The position numbers and the translations under genes are program-made. A DNA stretch of 44,934 nucleotides. Origin: Bacilli bacterium (lineage in GTDB: Bacteria; Bacillota_I; Bacilli_A; RF39; UBA660). Location of the stretch: NCBI GenBank assembly GCA_046704245.1, contig JBJKSD010000029.1:1-44934 (forward strand). Reading direction: 5' to 3'. The notes below the pieces were generated by a model. The model worked only from the letters and a program-made list of their open reading frames with translations. It was not told the DNA's origin and did no database searches. The number at the start of each line of letters is the position of its first letter. Position 1 is the first letter of the stretch. Below are positions 37,007-44,934 of the stretch, piece by piece.

Positions 37007-38821
37007 GTGAAAGAGTTGGCATATAAAGTTATGAATTTTGGAGAAACTCGTAAACGTAGAAATTTCTCAAGGATAGACAATTCATTAGAATTAAAAGACT
37101 TGTTAGAAATTCAAAAAAAATCTCATCAATGGTTTATAGAGGAAGGTATAAAGGAAGTTTTCCAAGACCTATTCCCCGTCGAAAGTTTTTCAGGTGTGTT
37201 ATCACTTGAGTTTGGCAATTATTCATTTGATGAACCTAGATATTCTATCAAAGAATGTAAAGATCGAGAAACTACTTATTCAGCACCATTAAGAGTAGAA
37301 GTTAGATTATTTAATCATGAAACTGGTGAAGTTAAAGAACAAGAAATCTTTTTAGGTGATATGCCTATAATGACTGATACTGGTACTTTTATTATCAATG
37401 GGGCAGAAAGAGTAATTGTATCTCAATTAGTACGTTCTCCTAGTGTCTATTTCGAAAAAGAAATAGATAAGAATGGGAGAATATCTTTTGGTGCGAAAAT
37501 TATTCCATCACGTGGTACATGGTTGGAATTTGAAACTGATGCTAGAGATGTAATGTACGTAAGAATAGATAGAACTAGAAAAGTAGCTATTACTACTTTA
37601 CTTAGAGCATTGGGGTTATCATCAGATGAAGCTATTATTAAACTATTTGGTGAAGATGATTATTTAAAAAATACTTTAGCTAAAGATTCTACTAAGAATA
37701 CTGATGAAGCATTAATTGAAATATATGAAAAATTAAGACCTGGTGAACCAGCTACTTTAGAGAGTGCTAAGAATCAATTGATTACCAGATTCTTTGACGT
37801 GCTTAGATATGATTTAGCAAAAGTAGGGCGTTATAAATTTAATAAGAAATTAAATGTTAGCGATCGTTTATTAAATAATGTTATTGCTGAAGATATAAAG
37901 ATAAAAAATAAAACCGTTGTTAAGAAAGATACTTTAATTACTAAGGATATCCTAGAAAAATTACAACCATACTTGGAACAAGGATATGGAGTAGAAGAAG
38001 TAGCTATTAATGATGAATTAGATACTTATAATAAAATCCAAATTATTAGTATCTATTCACCTATTGATAAGAAAAAGAAATTAAGAATTATTGGTAATGA
38101 TCAGATGATAGATGTTAAGAGATTAACTATTTCTGATGTTTATGCAGCTGTATCATATTATTTAAATTTATTAAATGGTGTCGGTAATATTGATGAAATT
38201 GATCACTTAGGTAATAGAAGAATTCGCCAAGTAGGGGAACTATTACAAAATCAATTTAGAATAGGGGTTAGTCGTATGGAGAGAGTTATTCGCGAAAGAA
38301 TGACTACTCAAGATATAGATAATATTACTCCTAAGACCTTAATTAATATAAGACCAGTTACGGCTGCAATGAAAGAATTCTTTGGTAGTAGCCAATTATC
38401 TCACTTTATGGATCAAACTAATCCAATTGCTGAATTAACTAATAAGAGACGTTTATCAGCATTAGGACCTGGTGGTTTATCTAGAGATAGAGCTGGTATG
38501 GAAGTTCGTGATGTTAACTATTCTCACTATGGTAGAATATGTCCAATTGAATCTCCTGAAGGACCTAATATTGGACTTATTACATCACTTGCTAGTTATG
38601 CTAAAGTTAATGATTATGGATTCATTATGACTCCATATCGAAGAGTAGTAAAGAAAAAATTAACTGATCAAATTGATTATTTAACTGCTGATGAAGAAAA
38701 TGATTTTGTTATCTCAGGTGCTACCGTTAAAATAAGTGAAAAAGGTACTATCTTAGATGATGAAGTTACAGTTCGTTATCGTGGTGAAAATAGAATTGTT
38801 AAGAGTGATCAAATAGACTAA
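37007..38821 (+). CDS. rpoB: DNA-directed RNA polymerase subunit beta, N-terminal 604 codons, ending at an in-frame TAA (internal stop)
   Basis: RNFSRI...LLEIQKKS..., the rifampicin region [31 protein letters not shown], and PEGPNIGLI. The start may be TTG 37016 rather than GTG 37007. It terminates at 38819-38821, where homologues have Tyr. Confidence 0.9.
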   Translation: MKELAYKVMNFGETRKRRNFSRIDNSLELKDLLEIQKKSHQWFIEEGIKEVFQDLFPVESFSGVLSLEFGNYSFDEPRYSIKECKDRETTYSAPLRVEVRLFNHETGEVKEQEIFLGDMPIMTDTGTFIINGAERVIVSQLVRSPSVYFEKEIDKNGRISFGAKIIPSRGTWLEFETDARDVMYVRIDRTRKVAITTLLRALGLSSDEAIIKLFGEDDYLKNTLAKDSTKNTDEALIEIYEKLRPGEPATLESAKNQLITRFFDVLRYDLAKVGRYKFNKKLNVSDRLLNNVIAEDIKIKNKTVVKKDTLITKDILEKLQPYLEQGYGVEEVAINDELDTYNKIQIISIYSPIDKKKKLRIIGNDQMIDVKRLTISDVYAAVSYYLNLLNGVGNIDEIDHLGNRRIRQVGELLQNQFRIGVSRMERVIRERMTTQDIDNITPKTLINIRPVTAAMKEFFGSSQLSHFMDQTNPIAELTNKRRLSALGPGGLSRDRAGMEVRDVNYSHYGRICPIESPEGPNIGLITSLASYAKVNDYGFIMTPYRRVVKKKLTDQIDYLTADEENDFVISGATVKISEKGTILDDEVTVRYRGENRIVKSDQID

Positions 38822-38875
38822 ATTGATGTTTCACCTCAACAAATAGTATCAGTTACTACTAGTTGTATACCTTTC

Positions 38876-40555
38876 TTGGAACATGACGATGCGACACGTG
38901 CTTTAATGGGTGCTAATATGCAACGTCAAGCTATTCCTTTAATAACAACTGAAGCACCATTAATTGGTACTGGTATTGAATATGCTGCAGCTAAAGATAG
39001 TGGAGCTGTTATAATAGCCAAAGCTGATGGTGTAGTTGAATATGCCGATGCTAAAAAGATTGTTATTAAAAATAAAAAGGGTTACGATACTTATTATTTA
39101 TCTAACTTTGAACGTTCAAACCAAGGTACTTGTTATCATCAAGTTCCTATTGTTAAAGCTGGAGAAAAAGTAAAACGTGGTTATGTTATTGCTGATGGAC
39201 CAAGTACTGATCAAGGTGAATTAGCGTTAGGTAAGAACGCTTTAGTAGCATTCATGACTTTTGGTGGATATAACTATGATGATGCTGTTATCTTAAGCGA
39301 ACGTTTAGTTAAAGATGAAGTATATACATCTATTCATATTGAAGATTATGAAATACAATGTCGTGAAACTAAATTAGGGCCTGAAGAAATAACTAGAGAT
39401 ATTCCTAATATTGGTGAAGAAGCTAGAAAGAATCTAGATAATGAAGGTATTGTTAAAATTGGTACCGAAGTAAAAGAAGGGGATATCTTAGTAGGTAAAG
39501 TTACTCCTAAAGGAATAGCTGAACTTACTAGTGAAGAAAAATTATTACATGCTATCTTTGGTGAAAAAACTAGAGAAGTACGTGATACATCACTTAGAGT
39601 TCCACATGGTGGCGATGGTATTGTTCATGATATTAAGATTTTTTCACGCAAAGAAAATGATGAATTACCTGCTGGTGTTAGCAAAGTAATCAGAGTATAT
39701 ATTGTTCAAAAGAGAAAGATATCAGTTGGTGATAAGATGGCTGGTCGTCACGGTAATAAAGGCGTTATATCATTAATTTTACCGCAAGAAGATATGCCAT
39801 ATTTACCAGATGGTACACCAGTAGATATTATGCTTAATCCATTAGGTGTACCTAGCCGTATGAACGTTGGTCAAATCCTCGAATTACATTTAGGAATGGC
39901 AGCTAAGAAATTAAATGTTCATATTGCTACTCCAGTATTTGATGGAGCAACAGCTAATGATATTAAAGATATGATGGCTGAAGCTAAAATGGCTGAAGAT
40001 GGTAAGACTGTTCTATATGATGGTAGAACTGGTGAACCATTTGATAATAGAGTAACAGTTGGTGTCATGTATATGATTAAATTATCACACATGGTTGATG
40101 ATAAATTACATGCCCGTTCAACTGGACCTTACTCATTAGTAACTCAACAACCTTTGGGTGGTAAAGCTCAATTTGGTGGCCAAAGATTTGGAGAAATGGA
40201 AGTTTGGGCACTATATGCTTATGGAGCTGCTCATACCCTTCAAGAATTGTTAACTGTTAAATCTGATGATGTCATTGGTAGAGTTAAAGTATATGAAGCT
40301 TTAGTTAAAGGACAACAAATTAGACAAGCGGGAGTTCCTGAATCATTTAGAGTATTAGTTAAAGAATTTCAAGCTTTGGGTTTAGATATTTCAGTAATTA
40401 ATGATCAAGATGAAATTATTGAATTAAAGCAACTAGAAGAAAATGAAGAGAAGTTAGATTCTAAGTTAACTATTGAAGAAATTGATGTTAATGATGAAGA
40501 AGAACCAATTGCTGAAGAAAAAGAAGAAGTATTAGAGGGGGATGATGTTGAATGA
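38876..40555 (+). CDS. rpoB: DNA-directed RNA polymerase subunit beta, C-terminal part (same frame as the N-terminal part; homology resumes at 38822, directly after the stop)
   Basis: [69 protein letters not shown]. 38876-37007 is divisible by 3. Codons 38822-38875 encode the conserved [18 protein letters not shown]. Confidence 0.9.
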   Translation: MEHDDATRALMGANMQRQAIPLITTEAPLIGTGIEYAAAKDSGAVIIAKADGVVEYADAKKIVIKNKKGYDTYYLSNFERSNQGTCYHQVPIVKAGEKVKRGYVIADGPSTDQGELALGKNALVAFMTFGGYNYDDAVILSERLVKDEVYTSIHIEDYEIQCRETKLGPEEITRDIPNIGEEARKNLDNEGIVKIGTEVKEGDILVGKVTPKGIAELTSEEKLLHAIFGEKTREVRDTSLRVPHGGDGIVHDIKIFSRKENDELPAGVSKVIRVYIVQKRKISVGDKMAGRHGNKGVISLILPQEDMPYLPDGTPVDIMLNPLGVPSRMNVGQILELHLGMAAKKLNVHIATPVFDGATANDIKDMMAEAKMAEDGKTVLYDGRTGEPFDNRVTVGVMYMIKLSHMVDDKLHARSTGPYSLVTQQPLGGKAQFGGQRFGEMEVWALYAYGAAHTLQELLTVKSDDVIGRVKVYEALVKGQQIRQAGVPESFRVLVKEFQALGLDISVINDQDEIIELKQLEENEEKLDSKLTIEEIDVNDEEEPIAEEKEEVLEGDDVE

Positions 40556-43500
40556 TAGAAGTCAATAATTTTAAAGCCTTAAAGATTGGCATTGCTTCTC
40601 CCGAACAAATTCTCGAATGGTCATATGGTGAAGTTAAGAAACCAGAAACTATTAACTATCGCACCTTAAAACCCGAACGAGATGGTTTATTCTGTGAAAA
40701 AATATTTGGTCCAACTAAAGATTTTGAATGTAGTTGTGGCAAATATAAAAGAGTAAGATATAAAAATATTATCTGTGATCGCTGTGGTGTTGAAGTTACT
40801 CGTTCTAAAGTTAGACGTGAAAGAATGGGTCATATTGCCTTAGCGGCACCAGTATCACATATTTGGTTCTTTAAAGGAGTACCATCTAGAATGGGATTAG
40901 TTCTAGATATGTCACCTAGAGATCTAGAGGAAGTATTATACTTTGTATCATATGTTGTTATCGATCCAGGTAATGTACCTTTAGAAAAGAAACAAACTTT
41001 ATCCGAAAAAGAATATCGTGCTTACTATGAAAAGTATGGTAATACTTTTAAAGTAGGTATGGGTGCTGAAGCTATAAAAGAATTGTTAAAAGAAGTTAAT
41101 CTAGAAAAAGAAATAGATGAAATTAAAAAAGAAGTAGAAGAAGCTCAAGGGCAAAGACGTATTAGATTATTAAAACGTCTAGAAATTTTAGATTCTTTCT
41201 ATCAATCAGGTAATAAACCAGAATGGATGATTTTAGATGTACTTCCTGTTATTCCACCTGATTTAAGACCGATGATTCAATTAGATGGTGGTAGATTTGC
41301 TACTAGTGATTTAAACGATCTTTATCGCCGTGTTATCAATCGTAATAATCGTTTAAAGAAGTTAACCGAATTAGGTGCTCCTTCAATCATTATTCAAAAT
41401 GAAAAACGTATGTTACAAGAAGCTGTCGATGCTTTATTTGATAATGGTAGAAGAGGTAGAAGTATTACTGGTGCTGGCAATCGACCATTAAAATCATTGA
41501 GTCATATGTTAAAAGGTAAACAAGGCCGTTTCCGTCAAAACTTATTAGGTAAAAGAGTTGACTATTCAGGTCGTTCAGTTATCGTTGTAGGACCTGATCT
41601 AAAGATGTATCAATGTGGATTACCTAAAGAAATGGCTATTGAATTGTTTAAACCGCATATTATTAGAGGTTTAGTTGAAAGAGATATTGCTCATAATATT
41701 AAATCAGCTAAAAGATTAATTGAATCTTTAGATGAAAGAGTATGGGATGTTGTCGAAGATGTTATTAATGAATATCCAGTTCTATTAAATAGAGCTCCTA
41801 CTCTTCATAGATTAGGTATTCAAGCTTTTGAACCTAAGTTAATTGGCGGAAGAGCTATAACCTTACACCCATTAGTAACAGCAGCTTTTAATGCTGATTT
41901 CGATGGTGACCAAATGGCTGTTCACGTTCCATTATCTGAAGAAGCTAAAGCTGAAGCGAGAATATTAATGCTTGGAGCTAATAATATTTTAAATCCTAAG
42001 GATGGAAAACCTATTGTTACTCCAGCTCAAGATATTGTCTTAGGTAACTATTATTTAACTAGAGAAGAAGCTGAAAAACCACAAGAAGGTCGTATATTTA
42101 AAAATGCTAACGAAGCTATTATGGCTTATGAAAGAAATGAAATAGATCTTCATACTAGAGTGGTTGTACCAGTAAATTCATTTAAATATAAAGTATTTAC
42201 TGAAAATCAAAAGAATAAATATCTAGTTACTACTATTGGTAAATTAATATTTAACGAAATATTACCTGATGCTTTCCCTTATATTAATGAAGCAAGTACT
42301 GAAAATATTGAACGTATTACTCCAAGTAAATTCTTCTTAGATTATGGTGTCAATATTAAAGAAGAAGTGGCTAAGATGTCACTTGTTAAACCATTTAAAA
42401 AGGGTGATCTAGAAAAGATTATTGCTCAAGTATATAAACGTTATAAGACTACCGAGACTTCTATTATGCTAGATAAGTTAAAGGATTTAGGATTTAAATT
42501 CTCAACTCTAGCTGGTGTTACTATTGCTATATCTGATATTACAGTAAGTAAAAATAAACCAGCTATCTTAGAAGATACTAAGAAATTAGTAGAAACTATC
42601 AATAAACAATTCCAAAGAGGTTTAATTACTGAACAAGAACGTGTTGATAGAGTTATAGCAGCATGGAATAATGCTAAGAATGAAGTCCAAAAAGAATTAA
42701 ATGATTATATTGATAATGGTTATGATAATTCATTACTTATGATGATGAACTCAAAAGCTAGAGGTAATATTAGCCAATATACGCAACTTGCCGGTATGAG
42801 AGGATTAATGCAAAAGCCTAATGGTGAATTAGTTGAAATACCTGTCGTATCATCATTTAAAGAAGGATTAAATGTATCAGAATTCTTCTTATCTACTCAC
42901 GGTGCTCGTAAAGGTAGTGCTGATACAGCGTTAAAGACAGCTGATTCAGGATACTTAACTCGTCGTTTAGTAGATGTAGCACAAGACATAATTGTTAAAG
43001 AAGATGATTGTGGTACTGAATTAGGTATATTGGTATCTGAATTTATTGATGAAAAGTCAGGTACCGTTATTGAAGGATTATATGATCGTATTGTTGGAAG
43101 ATATACTAATAAGAAAGTTATAAATCCGGAAACAAAAGAAGTAATAGTTGAAAAAGGTGAACTAATTACTGATAGTATTGCTGATAAGATAGTAGAAGCT
43201 GGTATTAAAGCGATTGAAGTTAGAACTATTCTTACCTGCCGTACTGTCAATGGAGTATGTCGTAAATGTTATGGACGTAACCTAGCAACTGGAAATATAG
43301 TTGAAATAGGTGAAGCTGTAGGTATTATGGCAGCTCAATCTATTGGTGAACCTGGTACCCAATTAACCATGAGAACCTTCCATACTGGTGGGGTAGCTGG
43401 AGAAGATATTACACAAGGGTTACCTCGTGTTCAAGAATTGTTTGAAGCTCGTAATCCTAAAGGTAAAGCTACTATCAGTGAGATATCTGGCACTATATCA

Positions 43501-44181
43501 GATGTTGATGAAGAACGTGGTAAATATAAAATATATATTACTAATGATAAAGAAACTAAAGAACATATATCTAACTATGGAGCAAAACTTCGTGTTAGTA
43601 AAGGGGATACAGTTAATGCTGGCGATCGATTAACTGAAGGAGCTATTAATCCTAAAGAATTATTAGCAGCAACTGATCCTACTACTGTAGCTGAATATAT
43701 CTTAAAAGAAGTTCAAAAAGTATATCGTTCACAAGGTGTCGATATCAGTGATAAACATATTGAGATAATTGCTCGTAGAATGCTATCTAAGATTAAGATC
43801 TTAGATTCAGGAGATACTGGATTATTAAATGGTTCATTAGTATATATGCATGAATTTAGAGAATTAAATAAAGAGGCTATCCTAAAGAATAAGAAACCAG
43901 CTTCTGGTAGAGCTATTCTATTAGGTATTACTAAAGCATCACTAGAAACTGATTCGTTCCTATCGGCCGCATCATTCCAAGAAACAACTAGAGTATTAAC
44001 TGATGCAGCGATAAAAGGTAAAGTTGATAGATTGCAAGGATTAAAAGAAAATATTATTATTGGTAAATTAATTCCAGCAGGTACTGGCATAAAATACTAT
44101 AGTAATGTTGATTACGATCTAGAAAGTGAATTTGTCGACGATGAACCAATGGAAGCTTTAGAAGAAGAATTTTTAGAATAA
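40552..44181 (+). CDS. rpoC: DNA-directed RNA polymerase subunit beta prime
   Basis: Zn-binding CSCGKYK...CDRCGVEV, catalytic [14 protein letters not shown], trigger loop and bridge helix regions. 1209 aa. The start overlaps the rpoB stop (ATGA). Confidence 0.97.
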   Translation: MIEVNNFKALKIGIASPEQILEWSYGEVKKPETINYRTLKPERDGLFCEKIFGPTKDFECSCGKYKRVRYKNIICDRCGVEVTRSKVRRERMGHIALAAPVSHIWFFKGVPSRMGLVLDMSPRDLEEVLYFVSYVVIDPGNVPLEKKQTLSEKEYRAYYEKYGNTFKVGMGAEAIKELLKEVNLEKEIDEIKKEVEEAQGQRRIRLLKRLEILDSFYQSGNKPEWMILDVLPVIPPDLRPMIQLDGGRFATSDLNDLYRRVINRNNRLKKLTELGAPSIIIQNEKRMLQEAVDALFDNGRRGRSITGAGNRPLKSLSHMLKGKQGRFRQNLLGKRVDYSGRSVIVVGPDLKMYQCGLPKEMAIELFKPHIIRGLVERDIAHNIKSAKRLIESLDERVWDVVEDVINEYPVLLNRAPTLHRLGIQAFEPKLIGGRAITLHPLVTAAFNADFDGDQMAVHVPLSEEAKAEARILMLGANNILNPKDGKPIVTPAQDIVLGNYYLTREEAEKPQEGRIFKNANEAIMAYERNEIDLHTRVVVPVNSFKYKVFTENQKNKYLVTTIGKLIFNEILPDAFPYINEASTENIERITPSKFFLDYGVNIKEEVAKMSLVKPFKKGDLEKIIAQVYKRYKTTETSIMLDKLKDLGFKFSTLAGVTIAISDITVSKNKPAILEDTKKLVETINKQFQRGLITEQERVDRVIAAWNNAKNEVQKELNDYIDNGYDNSLLMMMNSKARGNISQYTQLAGMRGLMQKPNGELVEIPVVSSFKEGLNVSEFFLSTHGARKGSADTALKTADSGYLTRRLVDVAQDIIVKEDDCGTELGILVSEFIDEKSGTVIEGLYDRIVGRYTNKKVINPETKEVIVEKGELITDSIADKIVEAGIKAIEVRTILTCRTVNGVCRKCYGRNLATGNIVEIGEAVGIMAAQSIGEPGTQLTMRTFHTGGVAGEDITQGLPRVQELFEARNPKGKATISEISGTISDVDEERGKYKIYITNDKETKEHISNYGAKLRVSKGDTVNAGDRLTEGAINPKELLAATDPTTVAEYILKEVQKVYRSQGVDISDKHIEIIARRMLSKIKILDSGDTGLLNGSLVYMHEFRELNKEAILKNKKPASGRAILLGITKASLETDSFLSAASFQETTRVLTDAAIKGKVDRLQGLKENIIIGKLIPAGTGIKYYSNVDYDLESEFVDDEPMEALEEEFLE

Positions 44182-44209
44182 AAGGTGCCTCTAGGCACCT
44201 TTTATTTTA
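44181..44209 (+). terminator. Rho-independent terminator after rpoC
   Basis: AAGGTGCCT-CT-AGGCACCTT GC-rich hairpin followed by TTTATTTT. Confidence 0.8.
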
Positions 44210-44241
44210 TTCATTTTAGATAAAATTTGTCATAATTTTTA

Positions 44242-44271
44242 TTGACATTCATATAATAAAGATGTTATATT
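44242..44271 (+). promoter_or_regulatory. Sigma-A-type promoter of the str (rpsL-rpsG) operon
   Basis: Consensus TTGACA, 18 nt spacer, TATATT preceded by TGt (extended -10). Confidence 0.5.
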
Positions 44272-44361
44272 ATAAGAGCTTATTAATTATGGGTGGATAA
44301 CCCTAAAATTTATTTAGAGTTATGATACACCTGGATATGTGTCATGAAAGGAGGCTTATTA

Positions 44362-44772
44362 ATGCCTACAATTAATCAACTAGTAAGAAAAAGAAGAAAA
44401 AATAAAACAAGAAAAAGTAAATCACCGGTTCTAGGAATTGGCTTAAATAGTATCAAGAGAATTACTACTAATGTTAATTCTCCCCAAAAACGAGCAGTAT
44501 GTACTCGTGTTGGAACTATGACTCCTAAGAAACCTAACTCAGCCTTGCGTAAGTATGCTCGTGTTCGTCTAAGTAATGGAATGGAAGTTACTGCTTATAT
44601 TCCTGGAGAAGGACATAATTTACAAGAACACAGTGTTGTATTAGTACGTGGTGGACGTGTTAAAGATTTAATTGGAGTTCGTTATCATATTATTCGTGGG
44701 ACTTTAGATACTGCAGGTGTTGAAAAACGTCGTCAAGGACGTTCTAAATACGGTGCAAAAAGACCTAAGTAA
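44362..44772 (+). CDS. rpsL: 30S ribosomal protein S12
   Basis: [10 protein letters not shown]..., [49 protein letters not shown] at 44362 after the AGGAGG SD; the track start at 44344 is upstream of the SD. Confidence 0.96.
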   Translation: MPTINQLVRKRRKNKTRKSKSPVLGIGLNSIKRITTNVNSPQKRAVCTRVGTMTPKKPNSALRKYARVRLSNGMEVTAYIPGEGHNLQEHSVVLVRGGRVKDLIGVRYHIIRGTLDTAGVEKRRQGRSKYGAKRPK

Positions 44773-44783
44773 GGAGGATTAAG

Positions 44784-44934
44784 ATGCGTAAGAGACGTGC
44801 AATTAAAAGAGATGTATTACCTGATCCATTATATAACTCAAAAATAGTTACTAAATTAATTAATACTATTATGCGTGAAGGTAAAAAAGGTATTGCGCAA
44901 AAGATTTTATATGATGCTTTTGCAATGGTAAAAG
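44784..44934 (+). CDS. rpsG: 30S ribosomal protein S7, 3' end cut by window edge
   Basis: Hand translation [46 protein letters not shown]... after an AGGAGG SD. rpsL-rpsG synteny. Confidence 0.93.
   Translation, partial: MRKRRAIKRDVLPDPLYNSKIVTKLINTIMREGKKGIAQKILYDAFAMVK

Noticed and set aside
160-43250. All minus-strand ORFs in the supplied track (for example 160-342, 5666-5881, 7511-7897, 8288-8569, 9289-9609, 10779-11000, 12719-12931, 15822-16010, 18471-18794, 19109-19456, 21148-21426, 21648-21830, 24168-24389, 25837-26262, 27268-27471, 33668-33895, 34753-34956, 36617-36823, 42897-43250, 43713-44090)
   Set aside because: Each lies antisense within, or straddles, a well-supported conserved plus-strand gene. 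They have no SD and low-complexity S/I/L/F-rich translations typical of the antisense frame of AT-rich coding DNA, and I recognise no family signature.
44292-44300. DnaA-box-like 9-mer (GGTGGATAA, reverse complement TTATCCACC, 8/9 match) upstream of rpsL, and a TTATCCATT at about 17385
   Set aside because: These are isolated single near-matches with no cluster and no adjacent AT-rich unwinding element or dnaA/dnaN. They are expected by chance.
1-44934. Possibility that the rpoB TAA reflects a reassigned genetic code (or the Mollicutes-style code 4)
   Set aside because: TAA terminates the large majority of the well-conserved genes here at the expected protein lengths. TGA also terminates genes (rsmI, mfd, sigH, rpoB), and Trp is encoded by TGG. 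The standard code 11 fits everything except the single rpoB site.
1-44934. Search by eye for tRNA/rRNA genes, CRISPR repeats, IS/transposase/integrase genes, phage modules, restriction-modification, toxin-antitoxin pairs or other defence genes
   Set aside because: None found. There are no GC-rich tRNA-like segments (no GGTTCGAATCC-type T-arms), no regularly spaced direct repeats, and every ORF over 60 aa on the coding strand is accounted for by a housekeeping or conserved-hypothetical family.

Overview
AT-rich (by eye about 30% GC) Bacillota chromosome segment carrying about 48 protein genes, all on the + strand with short intergenic gaps. Standard code 11 fits: TAA, TAG and TGA all end genes and TGG encodes Trp. 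Gene order matches the origin-proximal Bacillus subtilis map but is strongly compacted: dnaX-ybaB-recR-bofA-holB-ricT-rsmI / pth-mfd-spoVT / T-box-dut-metG-tatD-yabE-rsmA-yabG-spoVG-yabP-yabQ-divIC / membrane ORF / tilS-ftsH-dusB / RDD / lysS / yfcC-like / clpC-gltX-cysS / Zn-peptidase / rlmB-sigH-secE-nusG-rplKAJL-methyltransferase-rpoB-rpoC-rpsL-rpsG. RNA elements I can support are a Met-specific T-box upstream of dut-metG, an L10 (rplJ) leader, several sigma-A-like promoters and rho-independent terminators. I see no rRNA, tRNA, CRISPR array, transposase or integrase, prophage, or recognisable defence or toxin gene cluster. This is a core housekeeping region, and I do not find a convincing new multi-gene system. 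The observations most worth a second look are: (1) an in-frame TAA inside the essential rpoB at a conserved Tyr codon; (2) naturally rifampicin-resistance-type residues in the RpoB RRDR (Q513H and H526N equivalents); (3) an exact 16-bp palindrome TATTTCCCGGGAAATA present three times, in two different reading frames and once in non-coding DNA; (4) a ribosomal protein L11 with a C-terminal acidic extension of about 76 aa; (5) a 155-aa membrane-only ORF in the syntenic slot of spoIIE; (6) an Ile in place of the near-invariant Pro in the S12 accuracy loop. All homology calls come from reading the translations by eye. No database search was run.
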